This document shows positions 18,677 to 27,003 of a stretch of 33,200 nt of DNA, piece after piece; positions within the stretch are counted from its first letter, which is position 1, and the number at the start of each line of letters is the position of its first letter. The notes below the pieces were generated by a model that had not been told where the DNA came from, made no database searches, and saw only the letters and a list, made by a program, of their open reading frames with translations. Both the position numbers and the translations under genes were made by a program. The DNA comes from Flavobacteriales bacterium (GTDB lineage: Bacteria > Bacteroidota > Bacteroidia > Flavobacteriales_D > CAJJDF01): positions 1-33,200 of the forward strand of contig JBDMYC010000182.1 of the NCBI GenBank assembly GCA_039770535.1, given 5' to 3'.

Positions 18677-20479
18677 TTGAGAGAAACAAAAAATATAAGT
18701 TTACTAAAACGAATTATGGTTTTCCAAAAGCCCTATAAAGTTATGTTTTGGTTGACTGTATCAGGAACAATCATTAATTCTATCCTCTCTCCTATCAGAC
18801 CTATTATAATTGGCTTTTTGATTGACAAGTTCGTCATGAAATCTAGTAATTTTGATGGAGCTTCCAGTGTCTTAAACTCTATAAATGCTGATTTAAATCC
18901 AGAAAATGGTTTTCTGTACTGGACTATTATTGCTATGCTCACGGTTGTAATTGAAGCATTTCTGAGGTTTGCAACCGTCTACTATACGAACCTAATTGGA
19001 CAAAGTATAATCTCGGATATCCGAGAAAAGCTGTACGAACACCTGATTCAATTTAAAACTCAGTATTTTGACAAAAACCCAATAGGAAAACTTGTTACCC
19101 GATTGGTTTCTGATGTGGAGGCTGCCTCTGAAATATTTTCTAATGGAATTATTACCATTGCAGGAGATTTACTTGGATTAATCCTTGTGATTACGTTCAT
19201 GTTTATTGAGAACTGGGTTTTTGCCTTGATGATTCTCATTCCTCTTCCCCTACTATTCTGGGCGACCAATATTTTTAAAAATGCAATTAAAAAAGCGTAT
19301 CAATTAGAAAGCACTCAGGTATCAAAGCTCAATACTTTTGTTCAAGAAAGACTAACCGGCATGACCATTCTTCAACTATTTTCAAGAGAAAAAATTGAAT
19401 ACCAGGAATTTACCGAAATAAATAAACTACATAGAAATGCACATATAAAATCTGTATGGGCTTACTCCATTTTCTTTCCAGTCGTAGAAATTTTGAGTTC
19501 TATCTCTATTGCATTTGTTATTTTTTATGCTTCTTATCAAATTATTGACAGACCTATTGAAAAAGCCAGTACTGGACAATTAATTGCTTTCATCTTATGG
19601 GTAAACATGCTCTACAGACCAATAAGAATGTTGGCAGATAAATTTAATGTAATTCAAAGAGGACTTGTTCGTGCTAAAAATATTTTTGAAGTATTGGATG
19701 ATGAGCAAGTAATTCAAAGCAACAAAGAAGGTGCAAGTTCTAATGAGTTCAAAGGTGAAGTTTCTTTCCACAATGTTTCATTTGCGTATAACGAACCAGA
19801 TTATGTTCTTAAGGACATTTCATTTGATATTAAAGAAGGACAAACTGTAGCTTTTGTTGGAGCTACTGGAGCAGGAAAATCGAGTATTATCAATATTTTA
19901 AGTAGATTTTACGAATTTCAAAAAGGAGAAATATTGGTAGACGGAAGAGATTTACGAGAACTAACGCTTGAGGATGTAAGACAAAACATTGCTGTTGTTC
20001 TTCAAGATGTATTCTTGTTTTCTGATACTATCATGAATAACATCACTTTGAATGATCCGTCAATTACTAAAGAACAGGTTATAGAAGCTTCGAAATTTGT
20101 GGGATTGCATGACTTTATCATGAAATTGCCAGGGAATTATGATTATAATGTGAAAGAGAGAGGTGCAGGAATTTCCACTGGACAAAGGCAATTGATTTCA
20201 TTTGTGCGTGCTTATGTGTACAATCCGAAAATTCTGGTATTAGATGAAGCGACCTCTAGCATTGATACAGAAACAGAAGAATTGATACAAACTGCTATAG
20301 AAAAACTAACCAAAGGAAGGACATCTATCTTGGTGGCTCACAGACTATCTACAATAAAAAATGCAGATAAAATTATTGTACTAGACAAAGGGATACTCAT
20401 GGAACAAGGAACGCACGAAGAATTGCTTGCTCATGATGGAATTTATAAAAATTTGTACGAAATTCAGTTTGATGATTGA
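18677..20479 (+). CDS. ABC exporter, fused permease/ATPase (MsbA/type-I exporter family)
   Basis: 600 aa: a six-TM N-terminal half, Walker A GATGAGKSS, signature ISTGQRQL, Walker B ILVLDEATSSID and H-loop VAHRLST. The TTG start at 18677 gives the usual ...LLKRI..F.KPYK N-terminus. Confidence 0.92.
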   Translation: MRETKNISLLKRIMVFQKPYKVMFWLTVSGTIINSILSPIRPIIIGFLIDKFVMKSSNFDGASSVLNSINADLNPENGFLYWTIIAMLTVVIEAFLRFATVYYTNLIGQSIISDIREKLYEHLIQFKTQYFDKNPIGKLVTRLVSDVEAASEIFSNGIITIAGDLLGLILVITFMFIENWVFALMILIPLPLLFWATNIFKNAIKKAYQLESTQVSKLNTFVQERLTGMTILQLFSREKIEYQEFTEINKLHRNAHIKSVWAYSIFFPVVEILSSISIAFVIFYASYQIIDRPIEKASTGQLIAFILWVNMLYRPIRMLADKFNVIQRGLVRAKNIFEVLDDEQVIQSNKEGASSNEFKGEVSFHNVSFAYNEPDYVLKDISFDIKEGQTVAFVGATGAGKSSIINILSRFYEFQKGEILVDGRDLRELTLEDVRQNIAVVLQDVFLFSDTIMNNITLNDPSITKEQVIEASKFVGLHDFIMKLPGNYDYNVKERGAGISTGQRQLISFVRAYVYNPKILVLDEATSSIDTETEELIQTAIEKLTKGRTSILVAHRLSTIKNADKIIVLDKGILMEQGTHEELLAHDGIYKNLYEIQFDD

Positions 20480-20618
20480 GAAAAGGAAAATTTGAACTTT
20501 GAGGCATGAATTGAGAATTAGGCAATGCTTATTTTTAAATTAACTGCTTTGAGTTTTTTAAACAACAAAAAAATATTTCATCTTTCTTATACAAAGTGAA
20601 AAATCAAATTAAGCACAA

Positions 20619-20945
20619 ATGATCGAAATACAAGAAATAGAATCTCCAAAAAATGGGTTGATTACTAGACACATATTTTCAACTTATAACCCTGTGAATG
20701 ATTTCAATATCAAACATAGTCTATTGTATTTGACAGAAGATTTATTTCAGTGTTATTTTCCTCAAGAAGATATTAAAATTGACTTGGGTTGGTACGGTAA
20801 ACCACAAGATAACGAGGGAGAATTTAGGATTTATATCATACAAAGTGAAAATTGGGAGTTTCCTGTAGAAATTGTTTATTCCAAAGATGTAGTAGAAATA
20901 AAAACTCTATTGGAAAATGTGTTGACTTATTTTGCCTATAAGTAA
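20619..20945 (+). CDS. Hypothetical small cytoplasmic protein (108 aa)
   Basis: Clean ATG ORF with no signal peptide or TM helix. Its stop is 3 nt before the ATG of the next gene, suggesting translational coupling. No family recognised. Confidence 0.55.
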   Translation: MIEIQEIESPKNGLITRHIFSTYNPVNDFNIKHSLLYLTEDLFQCYFPQEDIKIDLGWYGKPQDNEGEFRIYIIQSENWEFPVEIVYSKDVVEIKTLLENVLTYFAYK

Positions 20946-20948
20946 ACA

Positions 20949-21668
20949 ATGAATAATTCTCATATATTCCAATTTCAAAGTGATATTTCTACCACAGAAA
21001 TCCCCACTGAATTGAATAATCCTCTCGGTTCTTTTATTCCAGAAATTGCAAAAATAGCTGCTATTGAATTTCAAAAATTGATCGAAATAGAAAGTAAAAA
21101 TTGGGGGTATGATTTTGACTCCGAAAAAGGAAAAATGTTTGGAGTTTTGGTCATTCAAAATCAGGATAATTCATATTGTTATATAGCATCTGTATCCGGA
21201 AAATTACCAAACAATATTGTTTGTAAGCACCTTGTACCATCAGTTTTTGATGAAAGTAAATCCGATTATTTTCTTACCAAAGGAATGACAGAATTGACTG
21301 AAATGGGCAAAAGAATTGGAAATTCCACTAACCCAGCAGAACTTGAAGAACTGACCAAAGAAAGAGCTAAAAAATCTTACGAATTACAGCAACAGTTATT
21401 CTCACACTACCAATTTTTAAACATTGAAGGAGAAGAAAAAAATGTATTAGAAATATTTGAAAATTACAACAAGAGCACACCCCCTGCAGCAGCAGGGGAA
21501 TGTGCTGCTCCCAAATTATTACAGTATGCTCTTGAAAATAATCTGAAACCAATCGCTATTGCTGAGTTTTGGTGGGGCAGCCAACCTGGTTCTAATAAAA
21601 AACACAGAATATTTTATCCTGCTTGTAAAGATCGGTGCAAGCCAATTTTAAGGTTCATATTAGATTAA
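20949..21668 (+). CDS. Stand-alone homologue of the N-terminal extension domain of long RluA-family pseudouridine synthases; no synthase catalytic domain
   Basis: 239 aa. The motifs FQFQSDIS..EIP, GKMFGVLVIQN...YIASVSGKL, PPAAAGECAAPKLLQYA, IAIAEFWWG and FYPACKDRCKPIL match what I remember of the first 250-330 residues of 550-aa Bacteroidota/gammaproteobacterial RluA-type proteins. No HRLD-type catalytic domain follows: the ORF stops and the next gene starts 49 nt later. Confidence 0.55.
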   Translation: MNNSHIFQFQSDISTTEIPTELNNPLGSFIPEIAKIAAIEFQKLIEIESKNWGYDFDSEKGKMFGVLVIQNQDNSYCYIASVSGKLPNNIVCKHLVPSVFDESKSDYFLTKGMTELTEMGKRIGNSTNPAELEELTKERAKKSYELQQQLFSHYQFLNIEGEEKNVLEIFENYNKSTPPAAAGECAAPKLLQYALENNLKPIAIAEFWWGSQPGSNKKHRIFYPACKDRCKPILRFILD

Positions 21669-21717
21669 AGTAATTCAATCGTTTGAATTGAAATAGATTT
21701 CTTTCGTATCTTGAACT

Positions 21718-22245
21718 ATGAAAAAACCCATCAACCTCATATTTTCTCTTCTCTTAGCATTCTTTGCTGGCTATTTCTTTCATTCTGTATTGACTCCAAA
21801 CAATTCCAATGAAAAAATAATAAAAAGTGAAACGAAGATTGACGACAATTACAGAGTTTCTGGGATAGCTGGAATCTTTTTCAAAAGTCACAATCCTGGT
21901 AAACTAAATAAATGGTACCAAGATAATTTGGGATTAAAAAATGGACCATTTGGCGCAAGATACGAATGGCAAGAGTTACATGGAGATTCAACCAGAATGG
22001 GATCTCTACAATGGAGTGCAATGAGCGATAAAGGAAATTATTTTTTACCTTCTTCCAAAGACTTTATGATTAATTACCGAGTGGAAAACCTAGAAAGATT
22101 AGTTGCAGACTTAAAAAAAGACAGCATTCCTCTACTCGATTCAGTTGCGATTTATCCCTATGGTAAATTTATTCACCTACTTGATATTGAGGGAAACAAA
22201 ATAGAATTGTACGAGCCAAATTATGAGTTTAAACTTCCAAAATAA
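21718..22245 (+). CDS. VOC (glyoxalase/bleomycin-resistance fold) family protein with an N-terminal hydrophobic anchor or signal
   Basis: 175 aa. The N-terminus is MKKPINLIFSLLLAFFAGYFF. The rest is VOC-like: GIAGIFFKSHNPGKLNKWYQDNLGL ... FMINYRVENLERLVADLKK ... YGKFIHLLDIEGNKIELYEP. Confidence 0.7.
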   Translation: MKKPINLIFSLLLAFFAGYFFHSVLTPNNSNEKIIKSETKIDDNYRVSGIAGIFFKSHNPGKLNKWYQDNLGLKNGPFGARYEWQELHGDSTRMGSLQWSAMSDKGNYFLPSSKDFMINYRVENLERLVADLKKDSIPLLDSVAIYPYGKFIHLLDIEGNKIELYEPNYEFKLPK

Positions 22246-22254
22246 TAATTAAAC

Positions 22255-22689
22255 TTAGCTATTTGGACCCCCGCCATAATTGGCTTCCATATACTCTACT
22301 TTCAAATTACCAATTTTTCTGAAAAATTTGGTGTTAGTTTGTTTTAGCCAAAATTTATTAAAATTAATGAAATTTCCATTGGCATGAATACTGTCGTATT
22401 CCGTTTGATAAATCACTAGTTTATAGTAAGGAATTGCCCAAATCCAATGTGTCAGGTTATCTTTAAAATGAACAATAATTCCCTTTGGTCTTAATTCTAC
22501 ACTGCCGTATTTGATATTTTCAAATTTAGATAGTTTTTCAAATATCTCTACACTGGATTTTTCAATTTTCATCCTGTGCGAACCAATTCCATTCATTGTC
22601 AACCTAGCCATGAATGGAAAGGACTTGCCAACCAATTCATTGATTTCTTTGGTAATTCTTATTGGTCTTCTGGAATAATCTACTAACAT
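22255..22689 (-). CDS. Hypothetical protein (144 aa)
   Basis: ATG ORF with ordinary coding-like amino-acid composition, convergent with the VOC gene (9-nt spacer). No TM helix, signal peptide or recognised motif. Confidence 0.5.
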   Translation of the reverse strand: MLVDYSRRPIRITKEINELVGKSFPFMARLTMNGIGSHRMKIEKSSVEIFEKLSKFENIKYGSVELRPKGIIVHFKDNLTHWIWAIPYYKLVIYQTEYDSIHANGNFINFNKFWLKQTNTKFFRKIGNLKVEYMEANYGGGPNS

Positions 22690-22790
22690 GAAATAAAATT
22701 AAATTAAAAAATAGAGAGATGCACAAAAAAATATCTGTTGTTTCTCAATTTTCAAATTCTTTAGCGACCAAATGCTAACTGCATTATTAC

Positions 22791-22798
22791 TATTTTTG
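22791..22798 (+). promoter_or_regulatory. Candidate -7 box (TAnnTTTG) for yggS
   Basis: TATTTTTG lies 26 nt upstream of the ATG at 22825. Confidence 0.4.
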
Positions 22799-22824
22799 AT
22801 AATCGAACGAGAAAGAAATCATTG

Positions 22825-23484
22825 ATGAAAGAAAATTTAGTTGAAAATTTAAAAAATATAGAGTCCAAAATTCCAAAAAACGTAGTGCTTGTGGCTGTTT
22901 CAAAAACAAAGCCAATGGAAAGTATAGTTATTTTGTATGAAGCTGGACAAAGAGTTTTTGGTGAAAACCGAGTGGAAGAATTGGTAGAAAAGCACGAGAA
23001 TTTACCCAAAGATATAGATTGGCATATGATTGGGCATTTGCAAAGCAAGAAAGTAAAAAAAATTGCTTCTTTCATTGGACTGGTTCATGCTGTCGATAGC
23101 TTGAAACTACTTGAAGAAATAAACAAACAAGCAAAAAGGCACGAAAGGAAAATTGATTGCCTGCTGCAATTTCACATTGCACAAGAAGAATCTAAATATG
23201 GACTTACAATTGAAATTTTCAGGGAATTAATTGCGCTTAATTCTTTTGAAAAATTACAAAACATAACTATCAAAGGAGTTATGGGAATGGCAACTTTTAC
23301 TTCTGATAAAAATCAAGTGCGAAAAGAGTTTCAAACATTGAAAAGATTAAGCAAAGAAGTTAAGACTCATTTTGAAAAAGCTGACATAATATCCATGGGG
23401 ATGAGTGGTGATTTCCTCACTGCTATTGAGGAAGGTAGCAATATGGTGAGAGTAGGAAGTAGTATTTTTGGTGCAAGAAAATGA
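22825..23484 (+). CDS. yggS: YggS-family pyridoxal-phosphate homeostasis protein
   Basis: Motifs LVAVSKTKP (PLP lysine), AGQRVFGENRVEE, WHMIGHLQSKKVK and MGMSGD/MVRVGSSIFG. I use the ATG at 22825 rather than the adjacent TTG at 22822. Confidence 0.92.
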   Translation: MKENLVENLKNIESKIPKNVVLVAVSKTKPMESIVILYEAGQRVFGENRVEELVEKHENLPKDIDWHMIGHLQSKKVKKIASFIGLVHAVDSLKLLEEINKQAKRHERKIDCLLQFHIAQEESKYGLTIEIFRELIALNSFEKLQNITIKGVMGMATFTSDKNQVRKEFQTLKRLSKEVKTHFEKADIISMGMSGDFLTAIEEGSNMVRVGSSIFGARK

Positions 23485-23559
23485 TAACAATCATAACTTA
23501 TACACAGATTTTTTGGGATAAAAACAAGCTTTATTCAAATACCCTAACCAAAAAAGAAG

Positions 23560-23567
23560 TAAATTTG
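23560..23567 (+). promoter_or_regulatory. Candidate -7 box (TAnnTTTG) for the desaturase gene
   Basis: TAAATTTG lies 22 nt upstream of the ATG at 23590. Confidence 0.45.
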
Positions 23568-23589
23568 CATAGAACTATTAAGATAAATT

Positions 23590-24693
23590 ATGAGTACAAC
23601 AGTAGAACCAATAAAACCATTAAGATATTCCCACACGATAGGAAAAGATTTTTCTAAAATTTTGAATAAAAGAGTAAGAGCTTATTTTAAAGAAAATAAC
23701 ATCACGAAATATGCAAATTCTTCTATGGTTGTGAAAACTATCTTTATGATTTTGCTTTACCTTGTGCCTTTTGCTTTGATTATGTTTGGCGCAATTACAA
23801 GTACATGGGGTATTTTTGCTATGTTTCTTGTTATGGGAGTTGGTATGGCAGGAATTGGCTTATCTATTATGCATGATGCTAACCATGGTGCGTATTCCAA
23901 AAATGACAATGTAAACAAGTGGCTAGGAAGGGTAATTAATCTTGTAGGTGGATATGCTCTAAACTGGAAAATCCAGCACAATGTCTTACATCACACTTAT
24001 ACCAATGTACACGAATATGACGAAGATATTAGCACAATTGGTTTATTAAGATTTACTCCAGATGATCCAAGGAAACCTGTTCATAGATTTCAACATTTGT
24101 ACGCTTGGTTTTTCTATGGTTTAATGACCGTAATGTGGATGACAACCAAAGATTTTCAGCAGTTGAAAAGGTATAAAAAGAAAGATTTACTAAAAACCTT
24201 CAACACTACTTATAAAAAGAATATTACTATTCTTATTATTAGCAAAATCATTTACTACTCAATTTTTATTGTTCTTCCTATGATCTTTTTACCAATTCCT
24301 TGGTATTTAGTTCTTGTATTTGTTCTTGCCATGCATTACGTAGCAGGATTCATTTTAGCAATTGTATTCCAACCTGCTCATGTAATACCTGAAACTGAGT
24401 TTGTGAAAGCTACAGACGATTTTACAATAGAAAATAATTTCTTTATCCACCAGATGGAGACAACTTGCAACTTTGCTCCAGACAATAAAATTTTAAGTTG
24501 GTTTGTAGGAGGATTAAATTACCAAGTAGAGCATCATTTATTTCCTACTATATGTCACGTTCATTATAAGAAACTCTCCAAAATTGTAAAAGCTACTGCT
24601 GAAGAATTCGGAGTACCTTACAACAGCCACAAGACTTTTTCTAAAGCGATTATGTATCACACTCAAATGCTGAAAGATTTAGGAAGGGCATAA
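23590..24693 (+). CDS. Membrane fatty-acid desaturase, front-end (Delta6-like) histidine-box type, without a cytochrome b5 domain
   Basis: 367 aa with four or more TM segments. The His boxes are HDANHG, HNVLHH and QVEHHLFP; Gln replacing the first His of box 3 is the front-end/sphingolipid desaturase hallmark. Confidence 0.88.
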   Translation: MSTTVEPIKPLRYSHTIGKDFSKILNKRVRAYFKENNITKYANSSMVVKTIFMILLYLVPFALIMFGAITSTWGIFAMFLVMGVGMAGIGLSIMHDANHGAYSKNDNVNKWLGRVINLVGGYALNWKIQHNVLHHTYTNVHEYDEDISTIGLLRFTPDDPRKPVHRFQHLYAWFFYGLMTVMWMTTKDFQQLKRYKKKDLLKTFNTTYKKNITILIISKIIYYSIFIVLPMIFLPIPWYLVLVFVLAMHYVAGFILAIVFQPAHVIPETEFVKATDDFTIENNFFIHQMETTCNFAPDNKILSWFVGGLNYQVEHHLFPTICHVHYKKLSKIVKATAEEFGVPYNSHKTFSKAIMYHTQMLKDLGRA

Positions 24694-24712
24694 AATATAT
24701 AAATTCTTAAAC

Positions 24713-24753
24713 AAAAAAAAAGAGCTTGCAAAAAATTGCAAGCTCTTTTTTTA
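24713..24753. terminator. Bidirectional rho-independent terminator
   Basis: Perfect 10-bp stem AGAGCTTGCA (24721-24730) / TGCAAGCTCT (24737-24746) with a 6-nt loop. It is flanked by A8 (24713-24720) and T6 (24747-24752) and lies 20 nt after the desaturase stop. Confidence 0.85.
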
Positions 24754-25050
24754 TACCTGATAAGTTGAGAAATATTTTGAGCATTTGCCTACTTCATCAA
24801 GTCTCACATGGGATTTAAATAAAGGATTTTATCTCCTCTGCATAGAATAGTAGCAGCTTTGTAATAAAGACCAGAGGTAAAGGCCGTACTAGATTATATC
24901 AAATGATTACAAGGCAAATACAAAATTAGGTAGCCCTTACAATAGTACCTAAAAAAATAAGTGAAACCAATTCTATTAGAAGATATACCGGGGCAAATGA
25001 TGTTTGATTTTTATCTCAAATCTTCTCTAAATAACCTTATTTATTTGAGA

Positions 25051-27003
25051 TTAGTATGCTATGGTAAACTCGATTCTTCTATTCTTTAAATGATCTGTGT
25101 CTTTACACTTAACTCCGTTTCCACATCTATTTACTAGGTTTTTCTCTCCAAAGCCTTGGTATTTGATCATACTTTCGTTAATGCCGCTTTTAATCAAGTA
25201 ATCTCTGGTAGATAATGCTCTTTTCACTGATAGCCTTTCGTTATAAGTACTAGTTCCTCTGGCATCTGTGTAGGCGTTAAGAATAACATATTTTGCCTTG
25301 CTTTGTTTCAAATAAGAAACCAACTTATCTAATTTGTTCTGAGAGTACTTGTAGATAGTGAAATTATCAAAAGCAAAATAAATGTTTTCAAAAGTCTCTT
25401 TTCTATCAAACTTGATTACTTCTGTTTTCTTGACTTCCTTATTTATTTCAACTTCTTCTTTTGCCTTTACAGCATCCAATATTGCCGTATCTGCGATAAT
25501 AAGTGGATCTACTACTTTAGGTTTTATGGGATCTTTTTTTAGTGGTATTTTGTCTTCTACTTTTAGAAGTACTTTTGGCTCTACTTTAGCAATAACCTCC
25601 GGATCTTCAATGACTTTAACATTTGGTTCTACTTTAGCAACAACCTGAGGATTTTCAATGACTGAAACTTTAGGATCTAAGTTTGTAATAATCTCAGGGT
25701 TAGAAATGACTTTGACATTTGGTTCTACTTTAGCTACGATTTTTTCTGTACTATCGAGCTTGTTAACCAAAACGTCAATATTATCAACTAGTAAAGTATC
25801 TTTAAAAATAGCGTCAGTTTCAATATCAAAACTCTCTGCGACAAAACTACTGTAGTAATTAATAGGTAAATCAAATATCCTTGAAAAATCTGAATTACTA
25901 TAAGCTAATTGATATTCTTTACCTTTTTCTAATGCTTTTAAATTAAAACCTTCCTTTTTTATTCCTACTGTTTCCAATTCTTCTCCTTCGGAATTCATTA
26001 AAGTAAGTTGACCGGTCCTCAAAAGTTTATCATTGTTAGTTACATTAACCAACAAATCATAGGTTTTTGAGTACTCAACATTTGTAATTTTGAAGCCATA
26101 CACATCATCATTTCCAGAAAATTTATTATCTCTGTTAGATGTAAAGAAACCTTCATATTCTCCTTCATTATTATTAAAACAAACTGCATAATCATCATAC
26201 GAACTGTTTGCTCCCACAAGAGCTGTAGGATTTTTTGTAGTCAGTTCTGATTCTTTTATGAAGTAAATATCCAAGTCCTGTCCTACTTGATTTTTTTGCC
26301 CATTTGATGTAAAAAACAAGATCCCATTTTTAGCATATGGAAATAGCTCTGATCCTCCAGAATTTATTCTTCTGCCAACATTAATTGGCTTACCCCAGCT
26401 TCCATCAGTCTTTTTTACAGAATAAAATATATCACTCCCTCCAATAGTTCCTGGCATGGTAGATATAAAGTATAATCTTTTGGTAAATTTAGAATAGGAA
26501 GCGTGACCTACATTGTATATTGGATTATTATGCTCAAATTCCTTTAAATTAGAAATAATTCCATTTTTGAAATCACCTTCAACAATTCTTAATCTATTTT
26601 TGTTCAGATTATTCAATTTTTTCTCCCGCTTCATTCCTTTTTTATCTAAGGAACTAATTGTGATATAAATCCTATCGTTTTCTTCATCCACAAAGCAAGG
26701 TCCTTCATGATAATCAGTAACAATTGTTAACTGTTTTGTCAGGCTTACTTTCTTTCTATCTCCTTTTGAACTTGCAAGACTCGAGCTATCCAGCATAAAA
26801 AGATCATAAAACTCACTGTACTTTTTTATTGCTTTTTTATTTTGGAAGTAAATCAAGTTTCCGTCCACATAGTCTGAGGAAATTTCGGATAACTTAGTAT
26901 TGAAATCAAGTTTGTTTAAATCTACTTTTATCCTACTCATCTCCTGAGAGAAAAAAACAGAAAAAAGCGATAGCAATAAAATAGTTAGACTATGCTTTTT
27001 CAT
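25051..27003 (-). CDS. OmpA-family peptidoglycan-binding protein with TolB-like PD40 beta-propeller repeats (often annotated MotB-like)
   Basis: 650 aa with signal peptide MKKHSLTILLLSLFSVFFSQ. PD40-type repeats include RLYFISTMPGTIGGSDIFYS and GILFFTSNG...DLDIYF. A Pro-periodic linker follows, then a C-terminal OmpA domain (NAYTDARGTSTYNERLSVKRA...NRCGNGVKCKDTDHLKNRRIEF). The start ATG overlaps the porP/sprF stop (TAATG). Confidence 0.88.
   Translation of the reverse strand: MKKHSLTILLLSLFSVFFSQEMSRIKVDLNKLDFNTKLSEISSDYVDGNLIYFQNKKAIKKYSEFYDLFMLDSSSLASSKGDRKKVSLTKQLTIVTDYHEGPCFVDEENDRIYITISSLDKKGMKREKKLNNLNKNRLRIVEGDFKNGIISNLKEFEHNNPIYNVGHASYSKFTKRLYFISTMPGTIGGSDIFYSVKKTDGSWGKPINVGRRINSGGSELFPYAKNGILFFTSNGQKNQVGQDLDIYFIKESELTTKNPTALVGANSSYDDYAVCFNNNEGEYEGFFTSNRDNKFSGNDDVYGFKITNVEYSKTYDLLVNVTNNDKLLRTGQLTLMNSEGEELETVGIKKEGFNLKALEKGKEYQLAYSNSDFSRIFDLPINYYSSFVAESFDIETDAIFKDTLLVDNIDVLVNKLDSTEKIVAKVEPNVKVISNPEIITNLDPKVSVIENPQVVAKVEPNVKVIEDPEVIAKVEPKVLLKVEDKIPLKKDPIKPKVVDPLIIADTAILDAVKAKEEVEINKEVKKTEVIKFDRKETFENIYFAFDNFTIYKYSQNKLDKLVSYLKQSKAKYVILNAYTDARGTSTYNERLSVKRALSTRDYLIKSGINESMIKYQGFGEKNLVNRCGNGVKCKDTDHLKNRRIEFTIAY
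25505..25740 (-). repeat. In-frame tandem repeat with 24-nt (octapeptide) period inside the OmpA-family gene
   Basis: About 10 units of x-x-x-x-(E/N/D)-P-x-V: VAKVEPNV KVISNPEI ITNLDPKV SVIENPQV VAKVEPNV KVIEDPEV IAKVEPKV LLKVEDKI PLKKDPIK PKVVDPLI. A 96-nt higher-order copy is visible at DNA level (25609-25645 versus 25704-25740, nearly identical). Confidence 0.8.

Noticed and set aside
22761-23075. Minus-strand 104-aa ORF overlapping the 5' end of yggS
   Set aside because: It is antisense to a gene with unmistakable YggS motifs. It also runs through the yggS promoter box, and its sequence is Phe/Ser/Cys-rich nonsense.
25013-25051. 9-bp inverted repeat ATCTCAAAT / ATTTGAGAT overlapping the OmpA-650 stop codon; a possible terminator
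   Set aside because: It has a 21-nt loop and an all-AT-rich stem, with no U-tract after it on the minus strand. The strong terminator at 24721-24746 is a better candidate end for that transcript.
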